Of a stretch of 64,000 nucleotides of DNA, positions 28,336 to 42,900 are shown in pieces. Both the position numbers and the translations under genes were made by a program. The DNA is taken from NCBI RefSeq assembly GCF_006345805.1, contig NC_042997.1, positions 35,526,001 to 35,590,000 on the forward strand, written 5' to 3'. Each line of letters starts with the position of its first letter. The first letter of the stretch is position 1. Source of the stretch: Octopus sinensis (Eukaryota). Below the pieces are notes generated by a model that was given only the letters and a program-made list of their open reading frames with translations, did not search any database and was not told where the DNA came from.

Positions 28336-31300
28336 ATATTTATTTGGCCAAAAAGAAGAAAAAGATGCAAATGCCCATACGGAACTACAACTATATCTGT
28401 TTCAACGGACGGCTTCACATCAGGAATCTTGTAATACATATTCATAATCGGAAATATTTCTTTTTTTTAAATGTAAAGTATAATGCTATACATGTGGTAT
28501 TGTTGCGTTACTAGCTTTTAATCAACGATATTAATAGTCTGAATCAAATATATTCATTTTTTTCTCTCGATTCTAATTTACTTCTCACGGTTGATGGAGC
28601 GCAACTCTACTACAAGTACGGATTGTGTGGAATTTCATGCATGCATCTGGTAAACAATCGCTGACATTTTTCCAGTTCTGGTAGTGAATCTGTACCACCG
28701 ATAAGACTATGATATAGATGAAATAAATATACATTGTGTGGAAGTATATTTATATGTGTTATCGCTCATTTCTGTATATGAATTTAAGGCATGAAATCCT
28801 GCATATATACATGCATTCATACATATAAATGTACATATATAATGCTCAGATATATATACGCTCGTATGTATTTAAGTATGCTTGTATGTATGCAGGAATA
28901 TATATATGTATGTGCATGTGTATGCGTCACGCCATTGTTTCCGCACACTATGCGATACCCAAGATGACTCATTGATCAACGTTGAACAGTGGATTAATAT
29001 ATTTATTCATTAGATCACTGCAAGTAATTATTTAGCGATCAAATTTGTGAACTAATACAATTTCACGGTTCATTAATGCATTAGCATATTGAAGGCTAAT
29101 CAAATTTAAACCGCAATAAAATAGAAAGTTTAAGAAGACCATCAAAAAATTAGAACAAATACCCCATTAACATATGTTATGCTAAAATCTTCTCGGAAAT
29201 GCTTCCTTGTCTTTATGCATACACACACACACTCGTTTTACATGTATGCTCTTGTTTTCATGTGTAACCCTTGTTTTCTGATGTCATAGTTTATACAAAA
29301 TTACTTATGTAAACGAATAAAATCAATTTCTGTTATGTTTATCATATTGTCTATTAAGTTATCTATCACTTTTAGAGAGAAATTCACATTTTGCAACACC
29401 CATGTATCTTGTGAACTAATTAAGGCTATATATACATTAGTTTATGCAGAATACATTGATTTGCATACGAGGTGGAATACATAGTCTGATTAGCAGAGTT
29501 TATGAATTTCTTATTTTATGTCTATTTCTCTCTCTTTGCCTCTATTGTTGTCTCTCACTGTTTGATTTATTACTTCGTATTCCGTGTCAGTCATGATTGA
29601 TGGATGGTAGTTACTGAAAATATATCTCACATAATATTCCCAAGAGTTGTCATCTAGACTGAAATAATTTTCATTCAGTTGCATTATAAATATCTTTTTT
29701 GAAAGTCATTGACCTAACAACAGCCAAAATTCATCTACTTTTGAAAGAAATACTGTTGCATTTTGTGTTGTTCGTGCCGTATAGCAAGTAACATTTCTCA
29801 ACTAAATATTTTCCGTTTTCCATCGGACCATCTTGTGGCAAAACGATATAGCTGTCACTCCATCACATTACATCTATGTTTGTAAAATTATACAATATAT
29901 GAATTACACAGGCAGCCTTAATCTGATATTCAAAGCGACGTGTCTTCATGACCCCACCGCCATAATTTCAAAGTTCTGTTGTGTCAGATTATATACCAAA
30001 TTTAATAAATTTGTCAGTTGCAACTTTCGATTTATATTGCAGCCAGAATACCTGTTATTTATTTGTTGATTATTTTAAAGATATATTTTATTTGGCATTT
30101 CACAATTTATTTATTTCTACAAAAATAATGAAATGAAAATACTAGCTGTTACTCTATTTTATTTGCTCTATCTCAAAAGTCAACATTTCGCTATCATTCG
30201 AAAGAGATTGCAGTCCAGTATCTATTGATATACTGCGAATACATTTTCGGTGCGAAACGTTTCACAGAGGGTAGTTTATAAAATTACAAAACGTCAAGAA
30301 GTAAATTTTTGTTTGTGTCTGGTTAGATCTTTGCTTTCACGCTCATCTTTCTTTGTTTCAGTTTATCTTGCCCTTCTTATTACGTTTGTTATATATCACA
30401 CATACAACTGGGAATATTTTATTACTCTATCTTGTATTTTGCTGTGAGAAAGTCAGAATTTAGTATTTATATTGTTTTTCATTTCTGCATTAAGTCTAGG
30501 CATTAGAATGCAATGCGTTCCATGACTATCTCAAATCTAAAAATGCGTATATCGGAGTGACCTTGGGGAAGATACTTCTGAGATTCTTTATCTAGAAAAG
30601 CAGAGCTTAATAATATCGATTTTTACTTACGTTGAAGTGCAAATATTAACACATACACAGAGGAGGAATATGCGTAATAATCACGACATTCTCAAGCATA
30701 CATGGCATATATGTGTGTGAGTGCTTGAGTGTGCATGCGTCTGTATCTTGTGTGCGTCTGAGTGTGCGTGCATCTGCGTATGTGTGTGTGTTTGTGTGTG
30801 TGTGAGGGGTTGGGATGGGGGTGATGTGATTAGGATAAAAGAAATTATTCAATTACAGACTGAGCTGGAACTTTCCAGTTATTGAAGAAATTACAATTGT
30901 GTCATTTTTATATTGACGATATATATTTCCAAAGCCATATTAAAATAGGAGCAAAATGGTATAGAAAAGATACCAGACAATTTTCAGTCTCGTTTGGTTC
31001 TGGTTCTAGGCTATGACATGTTAAAAAAATAGTGCGTGTGGATTTTACCGCTAATTTACTGTGCGTGGTGGAAACCACAGAGAATTGATTATGTGACATA
31101 TTTTTCTATTAAAATTCATAAAATGCTCATTTTTGTATGGACGTATTGAAGTGGTTGATATAGATTATATTTATACATCAATGTATATCAGTTCAATAAA
31201 CGTATGCATTATACGATTCCAAAAGTTGCAAAAGTATTACTGTGTGGTTATGATATTAACTTTGCAAATGTGTGTGATTTCGGAGTTTTACATATTATAC

Positions 31301-32632
31301 AATACCTCGGTTAATTGCATTCATAGCATTCTTTATGTTGATTCAATTTAAAAAATAAAATTTTGTACAGGCCGACAGATCTGTTTCTCTGTTTCTGACC
31401 AATAATATGGCCACTAGTGAATTTAGACACTCCAAGTTTCTCTAGCATATTATTAAACTAAATCTACTTCACTTCAACACTTGGGTCCTTAACCGAGACC
31501 AGGAGTGCTACGTTTTCTTCTAAAAAAAGAAACCGAAGTACAGAAAGTATCCCCGACTGTTTGCAACGATGAACAGACAGTTGCGCGATGAATTAAATCC
31601 CCACTCAAAATAATACGCAACAGAATATGAGAATTCTACTAATAAGTGCACACTTCATACAACTCCCATCTTTAGCCAGAGTTATGTAATGCGACTCGGC
31701 TCCATATTTGAATTATAAGTACGAAGCAGAGAAAATAGGACAAAGGGAGAAAAATCTATACTACACCTGGTATAGTATTTTATTAACGTTCATAAAATCA
31801 GGGGGAAAATTAGTACTACAGGAATATTTCACTTAGATTACACAGAGTTGTAATAAATAACATGTCATTATTAAATTCGATGAATATTAAAACATCAAGT
31901 TTATAAAAAAAATTCGAAAAGCAAAAGGTACCAAAACAAACTTTCCTGCAAATTCTCATTTAACATATTATACACATAAATTGATGACAAAGTGTTTACT
32001 TGTACCTACATATTCAGATAAACTTCAACTAAAGATGTTGAATATTATCTAAGTAGTAGTAGTAACTTGTTGAGTGTGTAAAATTTAAGGAACTGAAAAA
32101 CAAAACAAAAAACCAATCCATTTAAAGCTTGAAACGAAACTAATATATCTTCAAATTTCATTGCAATTAAATATTTATATACACCAGTTTTAGTGTTTCA
32201 AACACGTTAGTTATATATTTATTAGGTTTTATAATTTTAATTTCATGCATGGCGAGTCTTTCCAATAATCGTTTAAAGGCAGCAGAATGACTGACGTTTA
32301 TCTCACACATAAAATAATTTTAGAAACAAGACTTATCAATTCACAGCAAAATTACCATGATCGTCGTAAACATTTATTATAAGTACGCTTGTGATTCAAA
32401 ATTTTATCGCTACAAGCTGATAAAGTTGTAAAATAGAACCTTTTTCAATATAAATATAGAATGTATGTGTTTAATCAATTGCGGAACAAATAACAGAACA
32501 GCACTTTTAGCATCCATTTATGACAGCTTTTTATAAAACCTTAAAACCTGGATAAGTATTTGGGAGGTATTTTCGAAACTCATATGTATGTATTTATATA
32601 TATTATATATATGCATATACGTACACGTATGA

Positions 32633-32725
<93 letters not shown>

Positions 32726-32785
32726 TATGAATATATATATATGTGTGTGTGTATGTATATGTATGTATGTATATAAGTATATAAG

Positions 32786-32818
<33 letters not shown>

Positions 32819-33029
32819 ACAGATTGTTTGAAGTGGTACACATATTTTGTATATTAAGGAAAGGAGGTAGTCAGAATGGTGGATAATTTTATATTTGGCA
32901 CCTTCACCACGTTGTGGAGAATCATATGAACCGGTTTTACAGAACATTTATAACGTATATATATATTTTTGTTGGCAAACAGAAATATGGAGTCTAACGA
33001 AGAAAAGAATGTTCTTTTGTTCTCTATAT

Positions 33030-33455
33030 ATCTCGTCTGGAGGCACAAATAAGTGTAGCTTCGACCGACTCGCTTCTTCAACAAAAACAGTACTGAAAGG
33101 AGACACTAAGACACTTAGATGCGGTGCTGTAGCATAGCCGAAGCTTCTGGATGAAACCAGTAAAATAGCATAGAGATGGTTGTATTTTATTCTTACGGTC
33201 AGCTGATGTACAGCTTTTGAACGTAAAGAAAATACAAGATGTCAATATTATTTTCAAGCCGGGCAGAATTGTTAGCACGCACGACAAAATGTTTAAGAAT
33301 ATCATAAAAAAAGTAGAAACAATATTTCGAGAGGTAGACTTTGCCTTTCATCCTTTCGGGGTCGATAAATTAACTACTTGTGAAACATTGGGGTCGATGT
33401 AATCGCTTAGTCTCCTATGCCAAATTTCAGGTCTTGGGCCTTCAGTAGAAAAGAT
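33030..33455 (+). mobile_element. SINE family A 3' fragment (33030-33170) and SINE family B copy (33260-33455)
   Basis: gcggtgctgtagcatagccg..gaaaccagtaaaa; gactttgcctttcatcctttcggggtcgataaattaa. Confidence 0.7.
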
Positions 33456-33757
33456 TATTGTTTGGAAGGTATTTCTATTTCTATCTGCACATGGATGTGT
33501 GCGTAAGTATGTTTGAACTTTTGGAAGCTTGGTTAGAAGAAGCAAAATAAGAAAAATTACAACGAGAGAAAAACCGATGGAGAAAACTGAAACAGAAAAA
33601 AGAAAGAAAGAAAGAAAGAGAAAGACAAAAGAGTATTTTTTTGTATTCTTATAGTCCGTTGCTATGTAGTTTCGGAGTTACCGAAAATTCAAGATGTCGA
33701 GTTTGCTTTAGTCATTGTTTTAAATGCATCTTTTTCTCCGTTTCTTTCTTTTTCCTT

Positions 33758-33796
<39 letters not shown>

Positions 33797-35539
33797 CTCC
33801 CCCATTATACACACATTAACATTAATATAAATATACATTTACATGTGACACGCACATACATGCAATATATATATATATATAATCATTCAATAATATTCGC
33901 ATGCAGCATCTTTCAGAGCTTGTCGCTATTTCAGTTCCTAACCAAATGGAAATCATTTTTGAAGAGGACTAGTCCCTAGCCACATTTTGGCATTAAAAAA
34001 ACACCGAGAGTTTGCCCAGTAGAAAAAAAGAGAGTAAGTAACGTCACCAATCATGTTTAGATCTAACTAACTCTTTTCATTTTAAAAGCAAAATCTGTTT
34101 ATCCTAGATTCACGGACAGAATAAATCCTGAAGAATCTCATAGTTTTGGTCCCATGCAACACAAATTTGTATTTAAAATATTGTTAGATAAAATATGATG
34201 AAAAGATATAAGGCAAAAAATTGGATTTAAGTATAGTTGCCTTTTTTATTTTAAAAGCAAACTGTATTTTAATTAAGCTTAAGTGATAGAGCACAATATT
34301 TCTATACTTTTTTATAAATATATTTCTAGGGGACATTTAATATATGTCACGGAGTCCATTGAGGCCAGGAAAAAGTTATCAACAACACCTCTAATTGGTA
34401 CATTTGACACATTATTAATTAGCATAATACCATAGTCTGAAACAACATGGATTACATGGAAAATGCGAGCAAAAGAAAAAAATAGACTTCAGATTATAAA
34501 TCTGGAAAAGTACAGGACAAGCTATTACTCTTGGAAAAGTTCAGGTCAAGTAATTACATCTGTTAAATTACAGAAGAAAAACATTTTTACTTAAAATATT
34601 GCAGCTAAGGATAAAGTTTGAATATTAAAAATTATTTGGTTTTAATTTACAAAGTAATATTATAATTAAAAATTGTAAAATCATTTTGTTAAAGTATTGA
34701 CATACTAGAACACTTTAAAAAAATGAGAGCGAGAAGTACGAATATAGCTAACGTTTTATGCAAAGTAGAATACTATATATGGCAGAGACATTCATTATGT
34801 AAAAATAGGCATTGTTCAAGACTAAAAATGTGAAGATTTGGAAATAACTTAGGCAATAACTCAAGCAAGTTTTACAGTTAATTTGTTGATAGAGTTAGAT
34901 TTTCCTGTAATATATAACTAATTTTTGCATTATTCTATTTATTGTACTAACGAATTGTGTACAGCTGTTATTTTTTATAACCTATTTTCAAATTTCTAAT
35001 TATTAATTAATAATTAAAAAATGAATTTTTTTAAGTGCAAAAAATATTTTGAATTATTTCTTATTTTTAATAAATGTAACAAGTAAAAATAAATAGAAGT
35101 AATAACTTGTGATCATTTTTTTTAGTTTTAATAAAAGCTAATATTTTCTAAATCTAAATATTTTATTTGAAATTTTACTCTTAGCTGTAATATTGAAGTA
35201 TAAATTTTCTTGTTCTGTGATAATTTGCCTGAACTTTTTCCAGATTTATAATCTTAAGTATATTATTTCTTTTGCTCGAATTTTACCGTATAAAATATGT
35301 ATGGATATATATACATACAAACATATATATACATATATCTATATGCACATAGTTATATACATACCCACTTACGTAACTGCATTTACGTGTGTGCTAGCAT
35401 GTGTGTGTATGTGTGTATGTGTGTGTATGCGCACGCTCGTGTATGTTTATAGAATGTGATGAGAGGATGTGTGTAGTGGAATTATCAAATAACATCATTT
35501 TTATATCTCAGAGTAGGTATGATACGGATTAATGTTACG

Positions 35540-35820
35540 GCTCATGGCCCAGTAGTTAAGGGTGTTGTACTCGAGATCTTGGTTGCAATTCCTAGACCGG
35601 GCGGTGCGTTGTTTTCGTAAGCAAAACACATCATATCCCATAGCTTTGCGATCCCTTCGACACTTGATGAGCGATACACCGTGCACCTGTTCAAGTAACG
35701 TCGATTTAGAGACCGCGATCTAAGGTACAGCACATACATGCCATCTCTATGAAAGAAAGTATTTGACTAGGTCCTTCGGCAACAGGTGAACGACCATACC
35801 TCGTCTACGACGGGAGAATC
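35540..35820 (+). mobile_element. tRNA-derived SINE (family C-like head), diverged
   Basis: tggcccagtagttaagggtg..caattcctagaccgggcgg..gcaaaacac head similar to 54024 and 50680. Confidence 0.65.
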
Positions 35821-35837
35821 CATCATATATATCCACA

Positions 35838-35891
<54 letters not shown>

Positions 35892-36136
35892 ACACACACA
35901 CACACACACCCATATATATATAAATATAGATAGATAGATAGATAGATAGATATATAAAAAATATAGGCAACATTAACTGCAGTAAATTATTTGCTGCAGT
36001 TTTTGTTTCCAGAATTTAGCGCGCCAGAACTCAGACATTTGAAATTAACCCCGATGTAATCGGTGGAACTAAGCACGTGTCTGTTTTTATACGGAAAACT
36101 GGTGGTTAGTTTTACAAATCATATTGCTTTTGGAAC

Positions 36137-36212
36137 GATCGTACTGATGAGTCCTACGGACGAAGGATTATATAAGTGATTATTCGTTAATAGATGAAAC
36201 CGGTATGCGATT
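36137..36212 (+). ncRNA. Type I hammerhead ribozyme (canonical core, GUA site)
   Basis: gatcgta CTGATGA [long stem II incl. gacgaa/ttcgtt] GAAA ccgg TA tgcgatt. Stem I has 7 bp with 2 GU; stem III is the palindrome ACCGGT. Confidence 0.72.
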
Positions 36213-37653
36213 ATTTCTTGATTTTTATATAACTTTCATCTGTCTTGCCCACCTATTGTTCTGGTGTCCGCTGAATTTTCTCTAGAGAACATTCTTTCTT
36301 TGTACTTTGATCGTAGGTGATCTATTTCTAGCGTATGTCTGTCCACATAGTGGTTTTTAGCACTTAAAATACATACAAACAAATATATACGCGCAGGTGT
36401 TTCTGCGTGTGTAGTATGTGCATCGGTACATAAATGTGAGTCCTTGTAATTTGCAATTGACTTTAATATGTGTTTCAATAAAAGCCATTCTTCGGTGCAA
36501 TAAGCCTGATAATACCCAGCGTTTGATTGTGTCAGCACGGAACAGATATTTTAATTGCTACACAAAATCTGTTACGCACATTCATGCACAATCATTTACA
36601 TACGAACTGCGCACACGCTTAACAACGACTTACAATCAGAATGCTTCACAAATGTATAAATAGTAATATTACACCCATCATTACTTCTAATATCTGTGTG
36701 TTTGCGCAGGTATGCATTTTTTTCTGAATGCATGCACGTTTTCGTGTTTAGGAATTGGGAAGAGCACGTGTCATACGATCCGCTATCATATGTGTTTTCT
36801 GACTATAGTACATCTAGATTTACCTAACTTTTTCGTTCTTGATGCTTTTCGATGTAAGCGGCGTTTCCTTTCACTAGAACAAAAATAGAATTTAACAGGA
36901 CATACGACAAGTATGCTTGGGTATTTTGAACATGACGTTCCTAATCTTTTATTTTAAAACTTTTTTTCCGTCAAATGTTCTTCAATAATAATAATATTTA
37001 TTTTTTCTTAATTTCGTGTCCTATTTCATGTTAAATGCGTGATTTTTATAGCATGGATTTCTTTGTGTAATTTCCTTAATTTTATTGGCTTTAGGATTCG
37101 TCGCGTTATTAAAATGGAAGCCAATAAAATCTCCCAATATCTTACACTATCAATATATTTGAATTTCATCACGAATGTAAAATAAAAAATGTGACATGTA
37201 CCTCGATTATCGAGAAATATAATGAAAGTGAAACAAAGATAATTAGCAAATTTTGTTTACCATTTATTTCCATTCCTCGAAATTGAACATTCACTTACAG
37301 TTGATTCTAATAGCTCGATTTAAATAGTCCAAAATAAAATAATTTCCTATTACTATGAGCTTGATTAAATTAATTATAAACACGTCATGCTCTTAGTATG
37401 TCCAATTATGCATAATGACAGAGATTATTAGATATCATCATTTTGACAACGTACTATTCATTATGATATGAAATTTTTACCATATTATAATAAGTAATAT
37501 AATTAAGATCATATTACGTATCAGCACAACGAAGCGTATTCGTACTATTAAAAATTGTATCGATGGCATTTCTTTTCTTCTTTGTTAACAACAACAACAG
37601 CAGCAACAACATGAACAAGAACAAGAACAAGAACAGCAACAATAATAATAATG

Positions 37654-37689
<36 letters not shown>

Positions 37690-37749
37690 TAATAATAATA
37701 ATATAATAATAATAATAATAATAATTATTATTATTATTATTATAATAAT

Positions 37750-38460
37750 GACAATGGATAGAGCCTGCTATCCACGTGCAGCCACTGACCAGCTAGGCAC
37801 CAAGAAAGCGAATGGTGGAAGGAAAATGATGAGAGAGGAAAACTGCAGACTACGTGCATAGCCAACGTGGATACTTGCTGCGTTATCAATCCCAAATGTT
37901 GCTAGTGGCAGATAGAGATGAGATCATACTGAATGCAGCAAAGAAGAAATATAAAACATGAAGTAGAAGAAGGTCATGAAGACGCTCTACGAACAAGGGA
38001 CTACACAATCAGTTCCATGTAGCAGCAACTGAAGTTGCTGGGCAAGCTAGGTGGCACTAGTTGTAAAAAGTGAACTCTGAAAAAATGGAGTGAGAGTATC
38101 AGTGCAGAATACAAGCTATCACAATACAATGACATCACAAACCTAGCTTTCACCAAAAATTCGAGGATAAACCTATACAAATGAGCAAAGGTTTGCACTG
38201 TACTCAGATTATAAACGAATGCCCGCGACTTGCTGCGAAAATGCTACACTGGAAACAGCGGGAAATGTGGGGACAAGAAAAAGAGGCAAAACATGATATG
38301 AGCAAAAACCACAGAGAGTAATGAAGTCAGAGTCCAGCAAAATTCTATGGGATTTATCAATCAAAATGGGCCCGGTAATTAAGCAAAACATGCTGAGAAT
38401 CTGGTGGTGAACTATTGTCACATTGGACCACGAATATCAAGAAGAATGGCGACGAATTCA
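37750..38460 (+). mobile_element. R4/Dong-like (RLE-type) LINE 3' fragment
   Basis: T*YEQKPQRVMKSESSKILWDLSIK resembles WYEH.P..V.EN...KILWDF.I. Begins immediately after an (AAT)n tract. Confidence 0.65.
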
Positions 38461-38465
38461 CATAT

Positions 38466-39270
38466 GAGAGGTGGTAACAAGAGCTTCCCGGACTTATTTA
38501 CTTATGTTTGATATCCATCTCCTTCGAAATAGGAATCTTGCACAGCAATTCAACCGTCCGAGCATTCCTGCTACTTTTCGAATCTGACCTGGGAATTGTT
38601 TTCTCTGAGACATCCGAAGAACTTCTGCGATTCGCTCTGGATCCAACAGTGTTAAAACAGCGACCTTTGAGCTGCATTTTCATCTTGGAGATGAGATGTA
38701 AGTCCGCAGTGCAACATCTGGCGCAAAGTGCGATTGCGGAAACGATAGCATATTGTTTTTGGTGACAAAGTCAGGAGTGAGCAGAGCTCGGTGGCATGAT
38801 GCATTGTCGTCATGCCGTCATGAAGTATACAGATCTGGACGCTTTCGCCGAATGTCCGCTATGTAGCGCTTCAAAGCGTCGGAGTAGAACACTCGATTGA
38901 TGGTCTGGCTCAGGGTTGGGGGAATTTTCGATGCAGAATACAACATTTCCGGGGTGACGCTCGTGGATGGTCTTCCAAGTCGATCATTGTCTTCCCGGGT
39001 TGTTCTTTCATTCTGAAGGCGACCACGCCGCTCAAAAAACTTGTGTTCGGACCACTGACTCGTCACCGTAAGCTTGCCGAATCCTGCTCAATATTTCTGT
39101 CACAGACTTCGAAATTTAGCACAAAATTTCACGTTAGCTCTTTCTTCCTGTCCATGACATAATCGATGAATTGATGGAGGACTAAGTGAATCTCGGCGGA
39201 ATTCTGACTTAAAAAATAAATACGGACGAAATGGCGCTAAGTATTTTGTCCGGTGTGCTAATGATTCTAC
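38466..39270 (-). mobile_element. Internally deleted mariner transposon
   Basis: Minus translations ERANVKFCAK, EDNDRLGRPSTSVTPE, QTINRVFYSDALKRYIADIRRKRPDL and MKMQLKGRCF are mariner transposase motifs. Terminal inverted repeats are degenerate. Confidence 0.85.
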
Positions 39271-39284
39271 GAAGTCGCCGCCTT

Positions 39285-39530
39285 GCAAACAGTATCAACA
39301 ACAGCGACGCAACAACAGCAACAACAACAACAACAATGGTCTTTTCTGCTAAATGCACAAAGCCTGAAACCTTCAGGAACGACCCTAGTGTGTCACTGAT
39401 ACTTAATTTATCGACCCCGACATTTAGAAATGCTAAGTCCAACTCGACGGAATTTGATCTCAAAACGTAAAGACATACAAAATGCCGCTCATCATTTTCT
39501 CAGCTTGCTAATAAATTCTGCTTTGTCGCA
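39285..39530 (-). mobile_element. SINE family B copy
   Basis: acttaatttatcgacccc..aagtccaactcgacggaatttgatctcaaaacgtaa is the reverse complement of the family B core. Confidence 0.7.
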
Positions 39531-40089
39531 GCCTTACAATTTCAAAAGGAAGTTACTCTGCAAATTTAAACTCTACTAAACCCATTATTTATTTATTTTG
39601 TGCCATGTGTGTATGAGTACGTGTGCGTGTGTCTATGTGCATGTGAGTGTGTGCGTGTTAGTATGTGGTTGCTAATTGATTAATTGATTAATGTCACATC
39701 GAAGCATTCTCTGCATGGTGAACAGTTCCGTAGTTAAAAAACAAAAGATGAAACATGTTTCCAGGAAATAGGAAATTCATATACTTCTCAAAAGAATGAC
39801 TTGTGTATAAACACGTTTCAACCTTCTTAATCAAAGTTCTTTGTAACACGTGAGATGTTTATAAATAATCACGATGAAAGCAAGACCTCAAAGAAGACAT
39901 GAAAACAATGATGTAACATACGTTAACTTTTCTAAATTCTCGTGGTTCGTTGCGAGATACACTTTAGAAATCCGAAGATTTTCATTCTGGAAATTCACAT
40001 GAATTTGTTAAAAATAAACAACAACAACACCACCACCACCACCACCACCACCACCGCCACCAACAACAACATAAAAGAGAAAAGGAGAG

Positions 40090-42190
40090 GAAGTGGGCCA
40101 GGAAGAAAACAGGTTAGGGATGCAGTACTACTTCTATAGTGAACCCCAAAAAGAGGCTATAGAAAACGAATGTTAACACTACTTTAGGATGTGGAAGTTA
40201 TGTTTAAAGTGACCGAGTAGAAACAAGTAGATAAAGCTAATGCTATTAAGTATAAAAAGTGGATGACAGAATTGGAGGTGGAAGAGACCACAAGAGAACT
40301 AAGAAAGAACGACTAACAACAACGTAAGAGATGCAACTCAAATCAAAGAGGAAGCTAAAGGAAAAAATAATAGCACTGCCAATAAGCAGGGACAACTCGC
40401 ATCAGCGACTTAACCGATTTAAATGAGGAGGACCAGAAGATTTTAGATCAACTGCAGGAAATAATGAGTAAAGTAAGAAAAAGATAGCCAGAATTAAACA
40501 GTACCAACAGAAGGAAGCTGTTAGATAGCGCTAGGAAAATAGATTCTGTTATCAGTAAGAAAGATACTAAGAATATAGAAGACACTAAATTTATTGACAT
40601 ACACAGGTGTAGCAATAACGAGAAGATTACACATTCCAGAAGGAAAGATTTAAAAAGAGATGTGGTAAAGGATATTACAAAATAAAGTGAAGTCTTTAAG
40701 ACAAGATCTGAGTAGAATAGAAGCCCGGAAAATGAACAAGTGAGGAAACATATGATTTTTAATCTTCTCTTGAGATATGACAATTAGTCAAAGAGAAAGG
40801 ATTTGGGAAAGACATAGAAGAGTTGAAACAGCGCATCATAGCAGCAATAGTTAAATTTTACAGATATTAAAAACGGATAGATCAGTATTAACAGATGCAA
40901 TTTTATAACCAAATAAATAGCAGAAACGTATGTACTGAAGATGAGATACCTAATGCAGAAGAATCTAGAAAGTTCTGGACTAATATTTGGGATAAGTCAG
41001 TCAATCATAATGGAGATGCAGTATGGTTAAAGAAAGTGAAGAAAGAATTAATGAGCAATAAGCAGAGTAACTTCTTTTTGAAACTATTTTTAAGGCTGCG
41101 ACATTTATTTCAAGGCTATTGGCTAAAGAAATTTTCAGGATTACATGGGAGGTTGGGAGGAATAATGTCAGTATAGTTGACTAGAGGGCGACCAATACTC
41201 CTCATGAAAGATAAAAGCAAGGGTTATACAGCTAGCAATTATAACCCCAAAACTGCTTACCATTAGCGTGGAAGCTGTTAACAAAATACCTCCAGGAAGT
41301 ATTTACAAGCCGCTTGAAAACCAGAATTTACTGCCAGAAGAATAAAGGTGCCAAGACGAAGGCTAGAGGAACATATGATCTATACACATGGATTGATTAC
41401 AAAACAGCTTATGGCATGAACCCATCCTGATGGATAAGTGAATATCTGAGTATATTCCTTATAGTAGACAACATAAGAGTATTAACTGGATTTAGCATGG
41501 AGATATGGAAAGTAGATCTCCAGTCAGGTAACACAATATTAGGGAAAGTTATTATCAAACGAGGAATTTCCCCTTTAATATTTGTATTTTGTTAGAAACC
41601 CAAGTTTAGTATTAAGGACATTAAAGGCAGGGTTTCAGTTCAGAAATAAAGGAAAAGTTAGCTATTTGGATGATCTGAAGATTTTGGTAAGAATGTAAAA
41701 GAGAAAAAGGAACAAAAGTTATCTGACTGGAAGGAGAAGGCGTTGCATGGCAGGTTCCCAAAGACAGTTGCAGCAAATAGTAGTAGCGAGATATTGTTAT
41801 GGTTGCAGAAAACAAGGTTGAACTGGTTGAAAGAAAGATTGTTATTAGTAGCACAATCCTTTTTCCACAGAAAGAATACAAGAAAAGGCATGACGTCCTA
41901 GGGTGTGTAGTCCACTAAGAGTTATGTAGAAAGATAGGATTTGAACGTATTGATAAACGGTATGAACATGAACTTAGTAAAGTACTAGAAAATAAGAAAT
42001 ATAAGATGCTGTGTGATTTTAGCATTCAGACTGACAGAGTGATAGAAGCTAGAAGGCCTGATTTAGTAGTAGCAGACAAAGAGAATAGAACATGCCAGGC
42101 TTTACCTTTCCAAGTGATGAAAACATTAATATAAGAGATATATAAATAGCAAAATACCAGGAACTACACATTGAATTACAGATACTGTGG
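40090..42190 (+). mobile_element. Decayed R4/Dong-like LINE (RT plus RLE endonuclease)
   Basis: ESRKFWTNIWD, ASNY..CLPLAWKLLT, VIIKRGI, WKEKALHGRF, YEHELSKVLENKKYKMLCDFSIQTDRVIEARRPDLVV. Multiple stops and deletions. Confidence 0.8.
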
Positions 42191-42199
42191 AAAGTGCAG

Positions 42200-42900
42200 G
42201 TACTGCCTGTGTCACTAATAGATGTCATCCAGAACCCACAGCAAATGCCTGCTTGGCTGACCGAAGGAACAACATACCTTCTACCAAAATCTGAAGGCAG
42301 GAAAAACCGAAAGAACTGCCGACCAATAATAATGTCTTAACACCACTTAGAAGATGCAAACAGTACTAACTGAAAGAATATACATTTTGCTCGAACAGAA
42401 CTTTATCCTTCCACAGTCTCAAGAAAACAAATCCTTATGGAGGCAAAGATCTATTACTCATAAAGGAAATGATTGTAGAAAATTGCCGACCCAAAAAAAG
42501 AACCTGAGTATTGCATGAATACGCTACAAGAAAGCGTTTGATTGTGTCCCACATAACTGGTTACTCAAGGCCCTTGAGATATACAAACTGTCACCTGTCG
42601 TCTCCAAATTCTTACAAGGGAGCATGACTAAGTGTAATACACGCCTGCTTATACACCATTGTATTGATATCAGCCAATCCATCATCATCATCAAATAAGG
42701 TGTCTTTCAAGGTGACTCCCTGTCCCCAAGGCATAATGCTGCGCACGTTAGTGCAGCAAAAGCATATGATAAAAATAAGATACTGAAGAACAACAACAAC
42801 AACAATAACAATAACAATAACCATAATAATAATAATAGTAATAATAATAACAATAATAATGATAAAAATAATAATAATAATAATAATGATGATAATGATG
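42200..42900 (+). mobile_element. Second R4/Dong-like fragment (RT) ending in an (AAC/AAT)n tail
   Basis: PAWLTEGTTYLLPK, PKNCRPI, YKKAFDCVPHNWLLKALEIYK, FQGDSLSP. Confidence 0.75.

Larger units (their letters stand above)
23300..30051 (-). pseudogene. Decayed multi-MAM-domain gene (about 8-9 tandem MAM domains)
   Basis: Minus-strand MAM hallmarks at roughly 500-600 nt spacing after removing inserts: YLLYG ~29780, YHMYS 28485-28499, CSFTENEL ~27770, TFEE..SGFKQ ~27090, GTLALVSI ~26380, YIFE..DFNF ~26090, FEE..QFDW ~25520-25585, CIWNNRRHDDFDWT 24959-25000, S*HLEK ~24500, QSRFEA ~24070. Putative exons 30051-29469 and 28771-23986 have AG/GT ends. Many stops and two SINE insertions. Confidence 0.6.
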
